Assembly: GCA_963662275.1 (NCBI GenBank)
Contig: OY759316.1
Span: 2,752,001 to 2,816,000, forward strand
Direction: 5' to 3'
Length of the DNA stretch: 64,000 nucleotides
Source: Candidatus Cloacimonadales bacterium
GTDB lineage: Bacteria; Cloacimonadota; Cloacimonadia; Cloacimonadales; DAONDQ01
The position numbers were made by a program, and so were the translations under genes. This document shows, piece after piece, positions 28,300 to 38,772 of this stretch (within the stretch, counting starts at the first letter, position 1; every line of letters starts with the position of its first letter). A model generated the notes under the pieces. The model worked only from the letters and a program-made list of their open reading frames with translations, searched no databases and was not told the origin of the DNA.

Positions 28300-30228
28300 A
28301 TGGTTAAAAACCTTTTTCTCTTTATTTTTATCTATTCTCTACTATTAACGTCCTGCATGAAAGAACGGAAGCATACGAATCCGTTCGATCCACTGGTGAA
28401 TATAACGACCTCCCCTACAGGTTTAACCTTGGAACAAACAAGTGTTACATCGATTAAGTTAAGTTGGAATGATACCTACGATGGAGAGACCGGTTATCGA
28501 ATTGACCGTAAAGTTGGTAATGGTGAATGGCAGCAGAGATATGCAGAAATACCTCATAACACAAAAATCTACAATGATATAAGTACTCAACCACTCCAGA
28601 CATATTATTACAAAGTATCTGCCTGCTATGATAAAAACTATTCGCTGCCAATTTCAGGAAACTTGACAACCAATTTCCCAGCACCTAGTAACATTGTCTT
28701 AGAGCAAACTTCAGTATCTACGATCAAGCTGACATGGCTAGATAACAGCATTGGTGAAGAAGGGTTTGTTATTGATAGGAAAGTAGGGACAGAGGATTGG
28801 GTAATGAATTATGCATCTGTTGCTGCTGATACTGTGCGATTTATCGATAACGGATTATCTTTGGGTACAACTTATGCTTATCGTGTGAAAGCCAAGTCTG
28901 GTGAAATCTATTCTGCAGCAATTGAAGCATCACTAACCCTATCTTTCCCTGCCCCCAGTAATTTAGTTCTAATCCAGACTGGAGCTACTTCAATATCTCT
29001 TCATTGGCAGGATAATACGACTTGGGAAGAGACATATATCATAGACCGTAAAACAAATTCAGGAAATTGGATAATAAATTATGCTTCTGCCAATGTTAAT
29101 GCTGTTCAATTAACTGACTCTGCTGTTTTTCTTGATTCTATGTATACCTATCGTATCAAAGCAAAAGCAGGAACAGTATTTTCGAATTCCGTCGAATCAG
29201 TATTAACAGCAACATTTCCTGCACCAAGCAATCTTGTTCTTACCCAAATAGGAGCAACATCAGTACGTCTTCAGTGGCAAGATAACTGCACATGGGAAGA
29301 TGGATTTATTATCGACAGAAAAGTTGGGACAGGAAACTGGGTAACAAGTTACACATCTGTTCATACCAATGTTTCGCAATTCTCGGATACTGGTTTAACT
29401 TTAGGGATCATATATACTTATCGTGTAAGAGCTTTTTCAGGACAATTATTCAGTAATTACTCAACGGAAGTTGGATGGATACTAATGCCTGTCAGTTTTG
29501 TATTAGTCAATGGTGGGACTTTCAACAATGGCACTTCTGATGTAACTGTAAGCAGTTTCTTTATAGATAAATATGAACTTACACAGAATGAGTATCAGAC
29601 TTTCATGGGAAGCAATCCTTCCAATTTCCCTTTGGTCATGGATGGACCAGTTGAGGAAGTCTCTTGGTTCAATTCAATAGAATATTGCAACAGAAGGAGC
29701 ATTAACGAAGGTCTGACTCCCTGCTATGGTTACAGCAGCTATGGCACAAATCCAGCGACCTGGCCTGAGGGTTGGTCTTCCGATTCCAACAACCACACTA
29801 ATGTATCCTGTAATTGGACAGTCAATGGCTATCGTCTTCCCACGGAAGCGGAATGGGAATTTGCAGCCCGAGGTGGTAACGAAACAAACAATTATAACTA
29901 TAGCGGAAGTAATGACCTCGACATTGTAGCTTGGTATGGGGACGAAACAGGTGGTTCAACACACACTGTAGGCACCAAAATAGCCAATGAGCTTGGTATC
30001 TATGACATGAGCGGAAATGTCTGGGAATGGTGCTGGGACATCTATGACAACTACCCGAGTGGTGCGCAAAATAATCCTCATGGTGCTGCAAGCGGATCTG
30101 CCCGTGTATTCCGTGGTGGTAGTTGGGCAAACGATGCCTACTACTGCCTCGTTTCCACTCGGTACAGCTACGCTGTGACGGGCATAAACAACAATTTGGG
30201 TTTCCGCGTTTGTAGGAATGCACCTTGA
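28300..30228 (+). CDS. Paralogous lipoprotein: 4x FN3 + FGE-sulfatase (C-type lectin fold) domain; putative DGR target
   Basis: Lipobox LLTSC; YRLPTEAEWEFAARGG, DMSGNVWEWCWD, RVFRGGSW...LGFRV. Confidence 0.88.
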   Translation: MVKNLFLFIFIYSLLLTSCMKERKHTNPFDPLVNITTSPTGLTLEQTSVTSIKLSWNDTYDGETGYRIDRKVGNGEWQQRYAEIPHNTKIYNDISTQPLQTYYYKVSACYDKNYSLPISGNLTTNFPAPSNIVLEQTSVSTIKLTWLDNSIGEEGFVIDRKVGTEDWVMNYASVAADTVRFIDNGLSLGTTYAYRVKAKSGEIYSAAIEASLTLSFPAPSNLVLIQTGATSISLHWQDNTTWEETYIIDRKTNSGNWIINYASANVNAVQLTDSAVFLDSMYTYRIKAKAGTVFSNSVESVLTATFPAPSNLVLTQIGATSVRLQWQDNCTWEDGFIIDRKVGTGNWVTSYTSVHTNVSQFSDTGLTLGIIYTYRVRAFSGQLFSNYSTEVGWILMPVSFVLVNGGTFNNGTSDVTVSSFFIDKYELTQNEYQTFMGSNPSNFPLVMDGPVEEVSWFNSIEYCNRRSINEGLTPCYGYSSYGTNPATWPEGWSSDSNNHTNVSCNWTVNGYRLPTEAEWEFAARGGNETNNYNYSGSNDLDIVAWYGDETGGSTHTVGTKIANELGIYDMSGNVWEWCWDIYDNYPSGAQNNPHGAASGSARVFRGGSWANDAYYCLVSTRYSYAVTGINNNLGFRVCRNAP

Positions 30229-30578
30229 TTTTTGCATTAATTTCGTACCATAGCTTTGTAAGCTGTTATGTTGTTGGGATTGTATCCCTACAACCATGTA
30301 ACATACATTGGTAATGTGTTGTAATTGACAATGGTATTGTCAGATTCTCCATCGGGGATTACCAATCCCCTCATACAACAGAGTACCACTCTATGTTACA
30401 AGAACCCGAGGTTACAAACCATCGGGAAATAACAAGATGCAATCTTATGCAGAAGGTGTTAGGTTTTAGGTGTTAGCTCAGAAAAGAGAAGAGAAGAATC
30501 AAACTCTCCCTTAATCCCTCCCTTCATCTGAGGGAGGGAGATTAGCGGAGGGAGGGAGATCAGAAAAAGGATAACTAG

Positions 30579-32465
30579 ATGAAATTCAGTTTGATAATTT
30601 TGTTGTTATTAGTTTTGGCTATAGGGCTTCATGCCCAAACCATAGAGCAGATTAAAGTCTCAAATGAATACCTCTGGGGATATGGAACCTCAACAACACT
30701 GGAAAAAGCAGATAACATGGCGTTGAAAGATCTGATCAGCCAGATATCAGTGGAAGTGAAGAGTAGTTTCCAGGATATAGCCAAAGAAGAAAATGGGCAA
30801 CTGAAAGAAGTCTCCGAAAGCATGGTCTCGACCTATTCGCATACGACTTTGCCTTTTGCTGAAAGGAAAGTGGATGAACAGCAAAACTCAGTGAATGTCA
30901 TCAGGTATATCCCAAAAGCAGATCTAAAAAATATTTTTGAAGGACGGAAAAGCAAGATAACCAGCTATGTATCCGATGCGTTGGATGCTGAACAGGATTT
31001 GAGGATTGGAGATGCCCTTCGCTACTACTATGCAGCTTTAATACTTCTTCGTACACACCCTGATCACAATACAATATCCTATCATGTACCGGATAAAGGA
31101 GAACGTCTATTACTGACTTGGATTCCGAATAACATTGAAAGAAATCTATCATCGCTGCGTTTTAAAATACAACAGAAGGAAGAGGATGAAAATTCAGTAC
31201 TCTTTACTCTTCATATTACTGTCTTTGATAAACCAGTTCAGAACATTGATTATTCCTACTGGACTGGCGATTCCTGGTCACAAATAAACAATGCCTCTGA
31301 TGGCATTGGTTCTGCTGAACTTTCTACTGCAGTAGCAAAGAATCTCAAGGAACTACGGTTTCGGATTGATTATGTGAATAACAACAAAGCTAGAACTGAT
31401 TCGGAATTGAATGAAATCCTGAATGACTTTGATGTGTTGCCATTCCGTAATGAAATATGTGTTTCCTTAACCAGCAACAGCGGTAAAGATAATGATGAAT
31501 GCTTGGCTGATAATGAAGACAGGCAAGTCCAGGCAAATGAAAAGCCACAAACAGCTAATACAAAAGAACAGAAGGAAGACTCGAAGATAAAGGAAAAACC
31601 AACCCCAATCTTCAGCCAGGTTGCTCCTGATGAAAGCGAAGCGTATCGTCTTATCATGTCCAGGATTATGAATTCAATAACATCAAAAAGATACAGTGCC
31701 AATCAAGCAGATTTTACACCTGAAGGTTATACGCTTTATCAGAAAATGATTACAGCAGGAAATGCCAGGATTCTAGATGCTGATATAGATAAGATCAACT
31801 ATGTTCAAACAGGAAATATGATCCAGGCACGCTCAATACCGATGGTGTTCAGTTATCCAAATAACAGGTCTCATTTTGTTGAAAATGTGGTATTTGGCTT
31901 TTCACCTGATAAAAAGATAGCAAATGTCAGCTTTGCAGTTTCTGCTCAAACAGCAAATGATATCATGCAGCGGTCAGAGGAATGGGGAACTCCTGAAGTC
32001 AAAACACAGTTGATTCAATTCCTGGAGAACTACAAATCTGCCTTTAGTGTAAAGGATGCAAATTATATAGAGTCAATATTCAGTGAAAATGCCTTGATCA
32101 TTGTAGGGCGTGTGCTTAAGGATTACAAACCGATTGATGGCATGTATGCGAACCTGGGTGAGAAGATCAAGTATGTGCGTTTGAGTAAGCAGCAGTATAT
32201 TGAAAACCTGAAACATGCCTTCGCCTCCAATGAATTCATTAACATTCAGTTTGAGAGTACAAATATCAAGAAAGTGCAGGGTGAGAATATTTATGGGATT
32301 CAAATTGCCCAGAATTACACTTCGTCAACCTATGCGGATAAAGGCTATTTGTTCCTGATGCTGGATTTAAATGACCCGAACGAACCTAAAATATATGTTC
32401 GATCCTGGCAACCAGAAAAGAACCCCGATGGCTCAATCATCGGATTAACAGACTTTCATTTCTAA
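30579..32465 (+). CDS. Secreted LPP20-like protein with uncharacterised C-terminal domains
   Basis: Signal peptide; WGYG...ADNMALKDLISQISVEVKSSF LPP20-like start; C-terminal YADKGYLFL..D...P.IYVRSWQP. Confidence 0.6.
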   Translation: MKFSLIILLLLVLAIGLHAQTIEQIKVSNEYLWGYGTSTTLEKADNMALKDLISQISVEVKSSFQDIAKEENGQLKEVSESMVSTYSHTTLPFAERKVDEQQNSVNVIRYIPKADLKNIFEGRKSKITSYVSDALDAEQDLRIGDALRYYYAALILLRTHPDHNTISYHVPDKGERLLLTWIPNNIERNLSSLRFKIQQKEEDENSVLFTLHITVFDKPVQNIDYSYWTGDSWSQINNASDGIGSAELSTAVAKNLKELRFRIDYVNNNKARTDSELNEILNDFDVLPFRNEICVSLTSNSGKDNDECLADNEDRQVQANEKPQTANTKEQKEDSKIKEKPTPIFSQVAPDESEAYRLIMSRIMNSITSKRYSANQADFTPEGYTLYQKMITAGNARILDADIDKINYVQTGNMIQARSIPMVFSYPNNRSHFVENVVFGFSPDKKIANVSFAVSAQTANDIMQRSEEWGTPEVKTQLIQFLENYKSAFSVKDANYIESIFSENALIIVGRVLKDYKPIDGMYANLGEKIKYVRLSKQQYIENLKHAFASNEFINIQFESTNIKKVQGENIYGIQIAQNYTSSTYADKGYLFLMLDLNDPNEPKIYVRSWQPEKNPDGSIIGLTDFHF

Positions 32466-32475
32466 GGGAGTTTTG

Positions 32476-34440
32476 ATGTGTCGGTATTTCATAATCTTAT
32501 TACTTATATTGTTTTCTTCATTATTAATTGCAAATGAATTTGTAGTAGATTCTTTTGAGGAACAGCAGAATGATCTCAGTCTGCAGCGTACACCCAAGAA
32601 AGATGTAAATGGTGATCTCTGCGGTTTAATTAAGATTAGTACAGATATTACTGGTATTACATTTCCCGACAAGGACATCGTTAATATCCAGGCAAAGACA
32701 GGAGAATATTGGATTTATGTCTCTCCCGGCAAGAAATACCTGAAACTGACAAATGCCGGTTATGCTGCTTATATGTATTCTTTCCCAAATAATATATCTA
32801 TCCAATCAGATTGCGTTTATTCCTTGAAATTAAAATCTAAGGGAGCAAGTGCAGTTGATGAAAACTTACTGCTCCTGACTCTGAAAATGAATGTCAGCGA
32901 TGTCGTGATCATTAAGAATGGGACATCTTCGAATATCGCTAAATTAAACCAGGTACAGTATCGCTTACCGGCAGGAGAATACAATTTCAAATTTGTGAAA
33001 CAAGGTTATGCCAACCAGGAAATCACTGTTAAGATGGATAAACAGGAAGAAACTCGTGACATTACTCTCGTCGCGGGTCAATCACAGGAAAAGATCAAAC
33101 TCCCCGGAATTGTGATGATCTCTTCTGAACCCAACCAGGCAGAAGTGTTTATTAATAACCAGAAAGTCGGTGTCACTCCATATACAGATGAAGTCATTGC
33201 AGGTGATCATCAGTTGATGCTGCGGAAGAATTTGTATGATTCCTATAGTTCTGCTTTTAAAGTAGTTGAAGGACAGACAGTTGAATTACCTTTAATCAAA
33301 ATGACTCCAAAGTATGGCTATTATGCCGTCCAATCAGTTCCTGAAGGGGCAAGGATTTTTTTAGATGGCAAATTGGTTGGTATCTCCCCTATCCCAAGAA
33401 ATACAATATCCAGCGGGGCACATCAAATCAAGGCTGAAATGGAAATGTATCATCCAAAAGAACAGGAAGTAATTATCAAAAATGGTGATGATAAGAATAT
33501 CGCTGTCAACCTTACACCTGCGTTTGGTATCCTGGAAATAACATCTTATCCTGAAACTGGCGGGAAAGTATTTATTGATGATAAGGAAGTCGGTCTGACA
33601 CCATATCTCAATCCGAAAATGATGTCAGGTTCCTACCAAGTTCGTATTGAGAAGCTACTATGGATAGGTGAAGAGCAGACTGTAAGTGTATCTGATAATC
33701 AGACAACCATGAAGCAATTAACCCTGACAAAGAATTATGGTATTTTGCATATCCAAGCCGAGGGGGCTGATATATATCTGAACGATGAAAAAGTTGGAAC
33801 CGGGGAATATTCTCCCAATCTGCTTCCCGGTAAATATACGATTCGAGCAGAAAAAGACAGACATAAAGCAGCATCTGAGGAAGTATATTTAAGCGCAGGC
33901 GATGAAAAGACAATTATATTGAAAGTTGAACCATTGATGGCAGCAGTCAGTGTAATTAGTTTCCCTGAAGATTCTAAAGGTGCAGAGATTTATCTGAATG
34001 ATCAAAAAGCTGATAAACAAACTCCTTCCGTCTTGCCTTTACTGATTGGGGATTACACTATTTCATTGAAACATCCAAAATATCTTGAGCAAAGCCAGAC
34101 AATATCTCTCAAAGAAGGTGACTCGAAAAAGCTGGTGTTCCAGCTTCAATCCTATGAAGGCAGTCGTCTCCAGATGCAAAGTAAATGGAGAACCCAGAAG
34201 TATGTTGCCCTCGGTATCCTGGCATTGGACATGGCGGCTGCAACTATTGGCTATACGCAGGGAAATAGCAACTATGATAAGTATAAGTCAGCTACAACTT
34301 CTGCAACAGCAACGGATTTTTATGATAAAAGTAAGAAATATGATCAGATCGCAGTTGTTACAATTTGTGTATCTCCTCTACCTTTATCATGGTTCATATA
34401 TTCTTGCGTTAAGCAGCATCGTTATGCAGACAGAAGGTAA
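32476..34440 (+). CDS. PEGA-domain repeat protein with C-terminal hydrophobic hairpin
   Basis: Signal peptide; repeated S.P..A.(V/I)F(I/L)(D/N)...VG.TP PEGA units; two hydrophobic segments at the C-terminus. Confidence 0.85.
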   Translation: MCRYFIILLLILFSSLLIANEFVVDSFEEQQNDLSLQRTPKKDVNGDLCGLIKISTDITGITFPDKDIVNIQAKTGEYWIYVSPGKKYLKLTNAGYAAYMYSFPNNISIQSDCVYSLKLKSKGASAVDENLLLLTLKMNVSDVVIIKNGTSSNIAKLNQVQYRLPAGEYNFKFVKQGYANQEITVKMDKQEETRDITLVAGQSQEKIKLPGIVMISSEPNQAEVFINNQKVGVTPYTDEVIAGDHQLMLRKNLYDSYSSAFKVVEGQTVELPLIKMTPKYGYYAVQSVPEGARIFLDGKLVGISPIPRNTISSGAHQIKAEMEMYHPKEQEVIIKNGDDKNIAVNLTPAFGILEITSYPETGGKVFIDDKEVGLTPYLNPKMMSGSYQVRIEKLLWIGEEQTVSVSDNQTTMKQLTLTKNYGILHIQAEGADIYLNDEKVGTGEYSPNLLPGKYTIRAEKDRHKAASEEVYLSAGDEKTIILKVEPLMAAVSVISFPEDSKGAEIYLNDQKADKQTPSVLPLLIGDYTISLKHPKYLEQSQTISLKEGDSKKLVFQLQSYEGSRLQMQSKWRTQKYVALGILALDMAAATIGYTQGNSNYDKYKSATTSATATDFYDKSKKYDQIAVVTICVSPLPLSWFIYSCVKQHRYADRR

Positions 34441-34453
34441 CAGGTGACAGATG

Positions 34454-35971
34454 TTAGCTGTTAGCTGTTATCTGGTAATGTCTCAGATACTTATACATCA
34501 TTTTACGAAAGTGGTAGCCATAAATTGAGTAAGTGATGACTTGGCGAAATACTTGTCTTTTGTAAAAGATACTCCAAAATATCATTCTCCAATAATAAGG
34601 TCGTTCTTTGCCGGTGATTCCAAGAACAAATAGTGTTTTGAAGAATGCCAGGATTTCGTTGAAATGTACTTTTTGTTTGTGGAATGTATCCTGGTTCATC
34701 TCCAGGTATTTCCTCATTCGTTGATAAAAGGGCTGGGGCGAGTATATGTTATGAAGTACTTGTTTGTAACCTGAAACCAATTGTTCATATTTCATTGCAG
34801 GTTTAAAATTCATCGATAAATCAGTATTATCACCACTCATGGAAGTCTTCAATCTCCCTTCTGAAAGCATCTGCTTGTAGAGTTTTGTATTGAAAGGTGC
34901 ATTTAATAAACCAACCATGGCAGTAATAATACCGCTTTCCTGGATAAACTTGATCATCCCATTGAAAATAGATGGATTATCATGATCGAAACCAATGATG
35001 AATCCTCCCATCACTTCCATTCCGAAACTCTGTATTTTATGAACCGATGTGACTAAATCACGCTTGCAATTCGTATATTTCTCACATTCGGCAAGACTAT
35101 CTTCGTTCACTGACTCAATACCGATGAATACCTTATTGAAACCGGCAGCAGCCATTTGCTTCATTAAACTTTCGTCATCAGCCAGATTAATGGAACATTC
35201 CGTGTAGAAAGAAAAAGGGTGCCCTTTCTGTTCCATCCAGGTAGTGATCGCCGGAAGTATTTCCGTTTTTAATTTCACCTTGTTTCCAATAAAATTATCA
35301 TCCACAAGAAATACCTGTCTCCTCCAGCCGTGTTGATATAATGCTTCCAATTCAGCAATGATCTGTTCCCTGCCCTTTGTTCTCACTTCATTTCCGAAAA
35401 GAATGGAAATTTCACAGAAACTGCATTGATAAGGACAACCCCGAGAATATTGAAGATCCATAGAAACATAATGTCGCATATTGATCAAATCCCATTGAGG
35501 GATTGTTGTTTGTGTGATATCAGACCAGCCCTCTGCGTGATAGACAGGTCTTGGATTACCATTCTGCAGGTCAGATAAAAACTGTGGTAAGGTGATTTCT
35601 GCTTCTCCTAAAATGAGATGCTCAATCATGCTGAACTTGTCTGGTTGTTCTGTAAACAGTGGACCGCCGGCAACTATTTTCCTTCTCAGTTTCTGGCATC
35701 TTCTGATCACTTCCCATACGGATGTTTCCTGGATAGACATTGCACTGATAAAAACATAGTCCGCTTTCAGGATATCTTTATTCTTTAATGTAGATACATT
35801 CATATCAACAAGTTTCTTATTCCATTCCTTGGGAAGTATACCCGCAACCGTAAGAAGCCCTAATGGCGGATCGCTTGATTTCTTGGAAATGAACCGTAAA
35901 GCATAGCGGAAACTCCAGAAAGAATCAGGACAATGCGGATAAACCATTAGAATATTCATTATGACCACCAT
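34454..35971 (-). CDS. B12-binding domain radical SAM protein (DUF4070-type C-terminus)
   Basis: PPLGLLTVA, SRGCPYQCSFC (CxxxCxxC), DDNFIG, FIGIES, FIIGFD. Confidence 0.92.
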   Translation of the reverse strand: MVVIMNILMVYPHCPDSFWSFRYALRFISKKSSDPPLGLLTVAGILPKEWNKKLVDMNVSTLKNKDILKADYVFISAMSIQETSVWEVIRRCQKLRRKIVAGGPLFTEQPDKFSMIEHLILGEAEITLPQFLSDLQNGNPRPVYHAEGWSDITQTTIPQWDLINMRHYVSMDLQYSRGCPYQCSFCEISILFGNEVRTKGREQIIAELEALYQHGWRRQVFLVDDNFIGNKVKLKTEILPAITTWMEQKGHPFSFYTECSINLADDESLMKQMAAAGFNKVFIGIESVNEDSLAECEKYTNCKRDLVTSVHKIQSFGMEVMGGFIIGFDHDNPSIFNGMIKFIQESGIITAMVGLLNAPFNTKLYKQMLSEGRLKTSMSGDNTDLSMNFKPAMKYEQLVSGYKQVLHNIYSPQPFYQRMRKYLEMNQDTFHKQKVHFNEILAFFKTLFVLGITGKERPYYWRMIFWSIFYKRQVFRQVITYSIYGYHFRKMMYKYLRHYQITANS

Positions 35972-36173
35972 CTACATAATTTCGTTAATTTAATAATTTA
36001 TGTAGAAGCTGGTAATCTCCAACAATTAAATAAAATAATTCAATGAAAGCATGTAGCAGATGCACCCATATTCCTGACTAGTATTTTTGAACACAGACAA
36101 ACTGAACATTTTGATAATTAAATAAATTGCTGCAAGATATTTGAGTATTTTCTGTACTTTGATTCAGTTTCAT

Positions 36174-36207
36174 AAAAAAGCCCCGTCCATAATACAGATG
36201 AGGCTTG
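36174..36207 (-). terminator. Probable intrinsic terminator
   Basis: Minus strand AAGCCTCATCT...GGACGGGGCTTTTTT (stem with G-U pairs, then a U-run). Confidence 0.55.
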
Positions 36208-36357
36208 TTGAGGGATGGATTATTTCTAATGCTTGTTTTATTTTGAGCTGCTTTGAATTTTTCTGTTCTCTGCCTCTTGAAGTTCGAAGTGTAGAGTTTG
36301 ATTTTGTTACTGAGGAAGTTATATGAAAGCTAAGATTCGAAGTTCACAATCAGCTTT

Positions 36358-36480
36358 TCAAACTCTCCGACACTATACTTCGACTACGCTCAGCAACCAC
36401 CACCTCTCTTTATCCAAAGAGAGGAATGGTTAACACGCATCCTGTCTGCCCTAGCACCTGGCACCTAACACCTGAAACCT
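36358..36480 (+). repeat. Host palindrome with CTTCGACT guest, followed by (CACCTRR) heptamers
   Basis: TCAAACTCTCCGACA-CTATACTTCGACTACGCTCAGCAACC-ACCA-CCTCTCTTTATCCAAAGAGAGG; heptamers at ~36450-36480. Confidence 0.75.
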
Positions 36481-36603
36481 TCTGCAACCCTTCTTCACCG
36501 TCTCCATTACTCTGTAAAACCAGGGAATCACATCATTCATCTGGCAGAACAAGGCTGGTATTTTATTCAGTGATACACTATCCAGAAACAGGTAAAACAG
36601 CTT

Positions 36604-37932
36604 TTATTTTACTTTTACAATTTTGCTTGTTTCTGTGATCTTCCCTTGTGTCGCTTTCAGCAGATAGACACCATTGGACAGTTTACTGCTATCAAAGCAA
36701 ATAGCACTATTGGATTGACCGGATAATTTTTGTACACATTGTCCTTTGATATTGAATACTTCAAAGACCACAGGCTGTACTCCCTTGGTTGATACATTCA
36801 CTTGAAACTGATTTTGGAAAGGATTAGGATAAGCTTTCAAGTTAAGATCCGAAATTGCCGGAGCTACCTGGTCATCGGTAGGTGTTGGATCCAGCCAGGA
36901 GAAGGTAATTCTTCTTTCATTTTCCCAGGAAGTTGTTGAAGAATTCCAAGCAGTAGTGTACTTGTATTCAGGATTAGCGTCAAGATCATAAGTCAATGTG
37001 AACTTAAATCTGTTCTGCCAAATTGGCACAGTGCTGTTATAGTCTTCAGTCAAGCCTTCTGTCAATTGCCCATAATTATTGTAAGTATAAGTGTTTCGGT
37101 TGACTGGAACATAATTAACTCCAAACACAAGACCATCAGTAATCAGGGATACCATGCCATAATAATCGCTGCTAAAACCATAGATGGAATTCTCTACCAG
37201 AGGATATATGAAGGGATAAGTTGTCGAGTAGTAGTTGATAAAGCCATCATTTGTCGTGGTGTCGTTCGGTTGATAAGTGTATTGCAGCTTATTTGAAGCA
37301 TACCATACCAGAGTATCCTGATTTTGATATTTTTGCTTTGTAATCAGTTTACCAAGGCCATCATATTCATATGTAAAGCGTATATAATTAACATAGCTAT
37401 CGTAAATAGCCGATTCCACTGTTTCTGTCAGATATCCATTGTTATACGTCAAGTGAAGATGTTTGAACGGAGTCCACGTTGGATTCTGATATAAATCTGT
37501 ATTAATTACCGTTAAACGGTTCTGGTCATCATACTGATAGGAATAACGAGAAATTGTTTGAATTGGTTGATTATCGACACTGTCCTGAAATACAACCTGG
37601 AGAATACGAGAAAAGTCATCATTGTAAGTATAGTTAAAATAACTCTTGGGTAACCATTGAAACCCTACGTGGTCGTATCCGGCAAAGCCTTTGATTTGGA
37701 TTGGAACGGTTGGGTGTTCAACAGAATAAACAAATTCTGACTTCCAGTCCCTTTCATAATTAAAATCATCGAAATCCCAATCACCCGTTTCAATGGTGCT
37801 GGGTTGCCAGGCTCTTTGTCCGTCCCGATCAGAGGAAATGAGACTATTCTGACCATTGAAAGATTGAAAAGGACATTGTGCCATTAATAAGATAGGTATG
37901 AAAACTAATAGGATGAGTGTTACAAAACGCAT
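36604..37932 (-). CDS. Secreted protein with YxYD beta-hairpin repeats and a T9SS type A-like C-terminal domain
   Basis: Signal peptide; Y.YD..G.L repeats; AYPNPFQNQ...VFNIKGQ...LSNGVYLLK...KIVKVK. Confidence 0.8.
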   Translation of the reverse strand: MRFVTLILLVFIPILLMAQCPFQSFNGQNSLISSDRDGQRAWQPSTIETGDWDFDDFNYERDWKSEFVYSVEHPTVPIQIKGFAGYDHVGFQWLPKSYFNYTYNDDFSRILQVVFQDSVDNQPIQTISRYSYQYDDQNRLTVINTDLYQNPTWTPFKHLHLTYNNGYLTETVESAIYDSYVNYIRFTYEYDGLGKLITKQKYQNQDTLVWYASNKLQYTYQPNDTTTNDGFINYYSTTYPFIYPLVENSIYGFSSDYYGMVSLITDGLVFGVNYVPVNRNTYTYNNYGQLTEGLTEDYNSTVPIWQNRFKFTLTYDLDANPEYKYTTAWNSSTTSWENERRITFSWLDPTPTDDQVAPAISDLNLKAYPNPFQNQFQVNVSTKGVQPVVFEVFNIKGQCVQKLSGQSNSAICFDSSKLSNGVYLLKATQGKITETSKIVKVK

Positions 37933-37966
37933 AATGCAAACCTCCAGCTTATTTTTGTTGTTACAT

Positions 37967-37995
37967 ATTATATTATTTCACATTATACATGTCAA
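37967..37995 (-). promoter_or_regulatory. Consensus sigma-70 promoter
   Basis: Minus strand TTGACA-N17-TATAAT, about 35 nt upstream of the 37932 start. Confidence 0.8.
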
Positions 37996-38143
37996 GAAAG
38001 AATTAACTTATCTTCAAAGTTCTTTAATGCCGACCTAATCCATATCTGTTAAATTAAGTCTTGAAATTATTCCAAATGTCATTTTCAATGAAACATCTTC
38101 TTGACAAATACTTCTAGATTTTAAAATTTCAAAGGAGGTTAAA

Positions 38144-38584
38144 ATGACAAAATACTTATTGATCTGCTTGTTTCTTATCCTTTCAATGGGAATATATGCA
38201 CAAGACAATTCGGAATTGTATTTAAATTCCATCGGCATTTTTTCAGGACAATCAATCTATTTAATCTGCACTTCTCTTTCCACACTGGCGGATAGAGATC
38301 ATGATAATGATCTAGAGGCAAATGACGCTCTTAAGGAAGTGGATATCTATATCAGATTTACCAGACAATCCTCTGAAGAATTAAATAAATTACTGAAGCA
38401 GAAAGCAATAGCGAAAGACAATATCGTTCTGGTAAATGATATGATTGATTGCTTTTCTCTTTTAGAGACTGAAGCCAGGTCATTGGAAAGTTATATGAAC
38501 AAAAGTGATCGAAAAAACCTGGATGATTTTGAAAAGAATAAAGCAGCAGCCTGGGAAAAGATATCCAAATTACTGAAATTATAA
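38144..38584 (+). CDS. Secreted alpha-helical hypothetical protein
   Basis: 146 aa, AGGAGG RBS, signal peptide. Confidence 0.75.
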   Translation: MTKYLLICLFLILSMGIYAQDNSELYLNSIGIFSGQSIYLICTSLSTLADRDHDNDLEANDALKEVDIYIRFTRQSSEELNKLLKQKAIAKDNIVLVNDMIDCFSLLETEARSLESYMNKSDRKNLDDFEKNKAAAWEKISKLLKL

Positions 38585-38772
38585 TATCTTCTTCACATTG
38601 TTAATTCATAATTCCTGTTACTTAATATCTGAAATTCTAATACCCGAAATGGAGGGTATGATAACTATATAAAAAATCAGGAAAAGATGGACAGGAATAA
38701 AAGCTCCCTGGATTATTGTGTTGAACTATGTTATTTTAAAACGTTATTTATCATAAGTATAGGAGTTATTAT

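Noticed and set aside
24700..30578. Complete DGR cassette (template repeat, RT, avd)
   Set aside because: By eye I found no AAC-rich non-coding copy of either variable region and no reverse transcriptase ORF in the window; only putative targets are supported.
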